From a virus (Duplodnaviria > Heunggongvirae > Uroviricota > Caudoviricetes), in IMG/VR virus record IMGVR_UViG_2534682162_000003, positions 1 through 9,678 of that record: DNA of 9,678 nucleotides; one strand, written 5' to 3'. Shown one piece after another: positions 6,758 to 9,678 of this stretch. The first letter of the stretch is position 1, and the number at the start of each line of letters is the position of its first letter. The translations under genes and the position numbers were made by a program. The notes beneath the pieces are model-generated. The model ran no database searches and was not told the DNA's origin. It worked only from the letters and a program-made list of their open reading frames with translations.

Positions 6758-7285
6758 TTATTGCGGCATTTCCGGCCATTCGGGATTTGCAGGATCCACA
6801 CGACTGACCAGAACGCTGTAGCGTTCCCATCTTTCCAGTCTGCTACGCTCCTCCTCTGTTGCCATATTCAGCCTGACAGCGCGCTCCAGCGGCAAAATCA
6901 CGGATTCAGCATCTGCAAGAAGTCTGGCTTTCCTGTTTTCTGCCTGCTGTTGCAATTCCTCTGCCGTATAAATTCGTTTGATCACTGTGCCATCCTTAAA
7001 CATCCAGTTCCCTGAAATATCCGCCCGTCGGTTAGCAGTAATATCCGCCACTTCAACAACACTTAATCCATCCGGTCTGATAGCTGTCACATCCTTTTCC
7101 ACATAGCGGATGATATTATCTTTGTCGTACGCTATTTTTATCGTGTCATCAGCAAAATACTTTTGTTCTTCGTACCAGTTCTTACCATCTTCTGAAAAAA
7201 ACCAGACAACATCAAAGTCCTTTGTCAATTGATATTGTTCAACCGTTTTTGGATTACCCGCCGTAATATTTTTTAAATGCTGCAT
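6758..7285 (-). CDS. G: Tail fiber assembly chaperone (P2 gpG-like)
   Basis: 175-aa ORF starting 3 nt after the H stop. C-terminal half is GC-rich and conserved-looking; N-terminal half is AT-rich. Confidence 0.85.
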   Translation of the reverse strand: MQHLKNITAGNPKTVEQYQLTKDFDVVWFFSEDGKNWYEEQKYFADDTIKIAYDKDNIIRYVEKDVTAIRPDGLSVVEVADITANRRADISGNWMFKDGTVIKRIYTAEELQQQAENRKARLLADAESVILPLERAVRLNMATEEERSRLERWERYSVLVSRVDPANPEWPEMPQ

Positions 7286-7288
7286 AAA

Positions 7289-9367
7289 TTATACCTGCGC
7301 CACGTTATACCATGTCCCGTTAATGTATTTCTGCACCGGTCTGTAATATACGCCACCAATGTTATCGGCAGAGTTTGAGCCGGTATCCTGAACAATAATG
7401 CCGGTATATACACACCCGGACGGTGCCTGATGTGTCCATGTCATGCCATTGTTCGCAGGTTTGTATGTGGCGGCACCACCAAGCCGGATATCCCGGACAT
7501 AGCGGGAGTCAAAATTGCTGAAATTTGATGGTATCACCTGCCCGGTAACCCGTAGTGCATCAGACTTAAGCGTCATCAGGTCTTTTGTTGTGCTGCCAGA
7601 CCTGATGCGCCATTTAAAATATTCATTGCCATTATCACCAGTTTCAAACCACATGTATGAGTCAGAATCAGCATCTGAATCATTTTTAAATCCAATTTTC
7701 GCCCAGTCAGTGTTTCTTTCCCAAATCAGGAAGGCATCATTGATAAATTTTATGCTGCCTGACATGCTTCCGCCTGATAATGCCAGAGCAAGAATATCCG
7801 CAGGTGTTGGCTTTCGTGATGTGGTATAAAACTCTGACCAGTCAGCCTCAAATCCATACCCATCACGTGCCGACCTGTAAAAAATCCCCCTGTTTTTATA
7901 ATCCACAAGAAACTGCATTGCCGGACAACTTCCCTCACCCGTGTAAAAATGCAGCACCATTTTTGATGCTCCGCCATCCTGTGCACAATAAGCACCACTG
8001 TCCCAGTTCCATCCTACCGCTTTATTATTTGCAACCGTATTTCCTGTTTTCCCTAATGCAAAAGCCGGTTGCTTATTTTTCGTATTGTAGTCGCGTCGCC
8101 AGCCCGGCGCATAATCAGCTCCGTGATTGATATACGTGAATTGCGCACTGGTGGTACCACCACCGCTTGATGTACTCGGAGTGGTCACACGAATGGTCAT
8201 TGCAGCTTTAACGCCCATAACCTCAATCACGCAACCTGCAAGATGAATAGTCCCACAGTCAGTATCGGTAATAATTTTGTTATTACCGTATGACCAGGAA
8301 CACTTGCACATCCAGTAGGGATGATTAAAGGCTCCCTGAGACTCTAGCCAGTCAATAAACTGAGCGGTTGTCCAGTTTCCGGCGTCAGTGCTCAAAGCAC
8401 CGCTATAAGCACGACAGGCACCGATATTTTTCGTGAAAGTATCCTTTCCCGGAATATCCGCACCGTTCTGATCTTTCTGAAGACGTTTTTCAGCATTGTC
8501 ATAGGCAGACTTCACCGCTTTTGGTGTTGCCGCAAGCGTTTCAGAATCGCTGTTGGTGGCGCTACTGAGCTGGACAAGACCTTTTCGCGCTGTGGTGGCA
8601 TCCTGTGCAGTGTATTTCCCGTTAGCAAGGTCATACGCTGTCTTAACCGCCTTTGGCGTTGCCGCAAGCGTTTCAGAATCGCTGTTGGTGACGCTACTTA
8701 GCTGGACAAGGCCTTTTCGCGCGGTGGTGGCGTCCTGTGCGGTATATTTCCCGTTAGCAAGGTCATACGCGGCCTTTACCGCTTTCGGCGTTGCGGCCAG
8801 TGTTTCAGACGTGCTGTTGGTCGCACTGCTTAACTGAGTAAAACCTTTTGCGGTCAGCGAGGCGTCCGGGTGACGTCGTGACTGTTCGTGCTCTGCAATT
8901 TTGTCATCAACGTAATCCTGCGTCGCCATCACCGTTGTGGTGTCAATGGTCAGCTCCACTGAGGCCACACTGCTGACGATGATGACCATACGGCAGGTCT
9001 GCGAACGCCCTGAGCCTTCGGCAAGGGCAGGCTTATAACTTTCGGCCATGTTCGCCACGGCAATTAACGTTCCCGCATCATCGTACAGGCCAAGCTCACG
9101 CATCCAGAAACCGCCCACCTCCGGCGGAATAACCAGCTCTGCGATAATATAATTACTGTTTCGTTTGTCCTGGCTGATTTTGTTCAGCGCATGTCGCCAG
9201 ACTTCGTGGATAAGCCCGGTCTGTCCGGCATCCGGGACAGGCAATTTACCACCGCCATCCCCGACGGCCATCGTGGTAATGTTGACCTTCCGCCCTCCCG
9301 GCGCGGTTGCCGCTGCCAGCTTTGCTGCACCGGCAGTGGTGATAACGGTTCTGAATTTTGTGCTCAT
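7289..9367 (-). CDS. H: Tail fiber protein (P2 gpH-like)
   Basis: 692-aa ORF. The N-terminus (MSTKFRTVITTAGAAKLAAATAPGG...) resembles what I recall of P2 gpH. Contains three tandem 44-aa repeats. The C-terminal ~350 aa are lower in GC and Cys/Trp/Tyr-rich, consistent with a receptor-binding domain. Confidence 0.9.
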   Translation of the reverse strand: MSTKFRTVITTAGAAKLAAATAPGGRKVNITTMAVGDGGGKLPVPDAGQTGLIHEVWRHALNKISQDKRNSNYIIAELVIPPEVGGFWMRELGLYDDAGTLIAVANMAESYKPALAEGSGRSQTCRMVIIVSSVASVELTIDTTTVMATQDYVDDKIAEHEQSRRHPDASLTAKGFTQLSSATNSTSETLAATPKAVKAAYDLANGKYTAQDATTARKGLVQLSSVTNSDSETLAATPKAVKTAYDLANGKYTAQDATTARKGLVQLSSATNSDSETLAATPKAVKSAYDNAEKRLQKDQNGADIPGKDTFTKNIGACRAYSGALSTDAGNWTTAQFIDWLESQGAFNHPYWMCKCSWSYGNNKIITDTDCGTIHLAGCVIEVMGVKAAMTIRVTTPSTSSGGGTTSAQFTYINHGADYAPGWRRDYNTKNKQPAFALGKTGNTVANNKAVGWNWDSGAYCAQDGGASKMVLHFYTGEGSCPAMQFLVDYKNRGIFYRSARDGYGFEADWSEFYTTSRKPTPADILALALSGGSMSGSIKFINDAFLIWERNTDWAKIGFKNDSDADSDSYMWFETGDNGNEYFKWRIRSGSTTKDLMTLKSDALRVTGQVIPSNFSNFDSRYVRDIRLGGAATYKPANNGMTWTHQAPSGCVYTGIIVQDTGSNSADNIGGVYYRPVQKYINGTWYNVAQV
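8490..8880. repeat. Tandem 132-bp repeats (three copies plus a partial) inside H
   Basis: Repeat units begin at about 8526, 8658 and 8790 (period 132 bp), with a degenerate partial copy near 8490. They encode the 44-aa repeat LSSxTNSxSETLAATPKAVKxAYDLANGKYTAQDATTARKG. Confidence 0.85.
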
Positions 9368-9377
9368 TATTCCTCAC

Positions 9378-9678
9378 TTATCCGGGGTAAACCGTAATTA
9401 CATCGCCGTCGTAAGCCACACCACCGGCGAACAGGTAGCCGGGAATGTCCCGGGTAATGTTCAGGCCAATAAGGTGGCGACTTGCAGGTTTGGCATCAGC
9501 AATCAGCCGTTCCATTTCCTGATACATTGCCTCTGTGATGCCGCTTTCCAGTACACCAATATCAAGCCTGAAGGTGCCTGGCGGGTCACTGTTTTCCCAC
9601 CACTCCGTCACGTTGATGAGATAGCCGAGCGGCTCCACCACACGCCGGATTGCGCCGATAGTGCCTTTATGACAGTGG
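9378..9678 (-). CDS. I: Baseplate assembly protein (P2 gpI-like), C-terminal part; gene continues past the window end
   Basis: Minus-strand frame is open from the window end (9678) to the stop at 9378..9380. The stop is followed by a GAGGA Shine-Dalgarno and the H start. Position upstream of H matches the P2 order I-H-G. Confidence 0.7.
   Translation of the reverse strand, partial: HCHKGTIGAIRRVVEPLGYLINVTEWWENSDPPGTFRLDIGVLESGITEAMYQEMERLIADAKPASRHLIGLNITRDIPGYLFAGGVAYDGDVITVYPG

Noticed and set aside
6671-7015. 114-aa plus-strand ORF overlapping G
   Set aside because: Mostly antisense to the G reading frame. Starts in the intergenic hairpin region with no ribosome-binding site.
7515-8130. 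ORFs 7515..7829 (+), 7750..7998 (-) and 7780..8130 (+) within H
   Set aside because: Alternative-frame or antisense ORFs inside the tail fiber gene. No support.
8553-8837. 94-aa plus-strand ORF with an internally repeated translation
   Set aside because: Antisense artefact of the tandem repeats within H.
8490-8880. Possible CRISPR array, suggested by the regularly spaced repeats
   Set aside because: The units are 132-bp contiguous tandem repeats with no unique spacers, and they lie in-frame inside the H tail fiber gene, encoding a 44-aa protein repeat.
1-9678. tRNA, rRNA or other structured RNA genes
   Set aside because: Nothing resembling a tRNA cloverleaf or rRNA was recognised by eye. 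Essentially the whole window is coding apart from the island flanks.

Overview
This window is the tail-morphogenesis module of a P2-like (Peduovirus-type) temperate myovirus or prophage, with every structural gene on the minus strand. Reading the minus strand 5'->3' (high to low coordinates): baseplate gene I (partial, runs off the window end), tail fiber H (692 aa), tail fiber assembly chaperone G, then a roughly 1.2 kb AT-rich accessory island with one plus-strand gene (5809..6618, 269 aa), then sheath FI, tube FII, chaperones E and E+E' (-1 frameshift), tape measure T (815 aa), U, and the start of D (partial). Identification rests on gene order, protein lengths, translated sequence character and tightly coupled stop/start junctions; no database search was possible. 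The most interesting feature is the island between G and FI, the position occupied by Z/fun in phage P2. Its single gene encodes a protein with an N-terminal HNH-like zinc-finger nuclease motif and an uncharacterised ~190 aa C-terminal region, making it a candidate single-gene anti-phage defence or exclusion system. Around it are a perfect 13-bp inverted repeat, a near-identical 12-mer direct repeat on both sides of the gene, and a canonical minus-strand terminator. Secondary observations are a mosaic low-GC receptor-binding cassette (H C-terminus plus G N-terminus), 132-bp tandem repeats inside H, and the conserved E/E' frameshift site.
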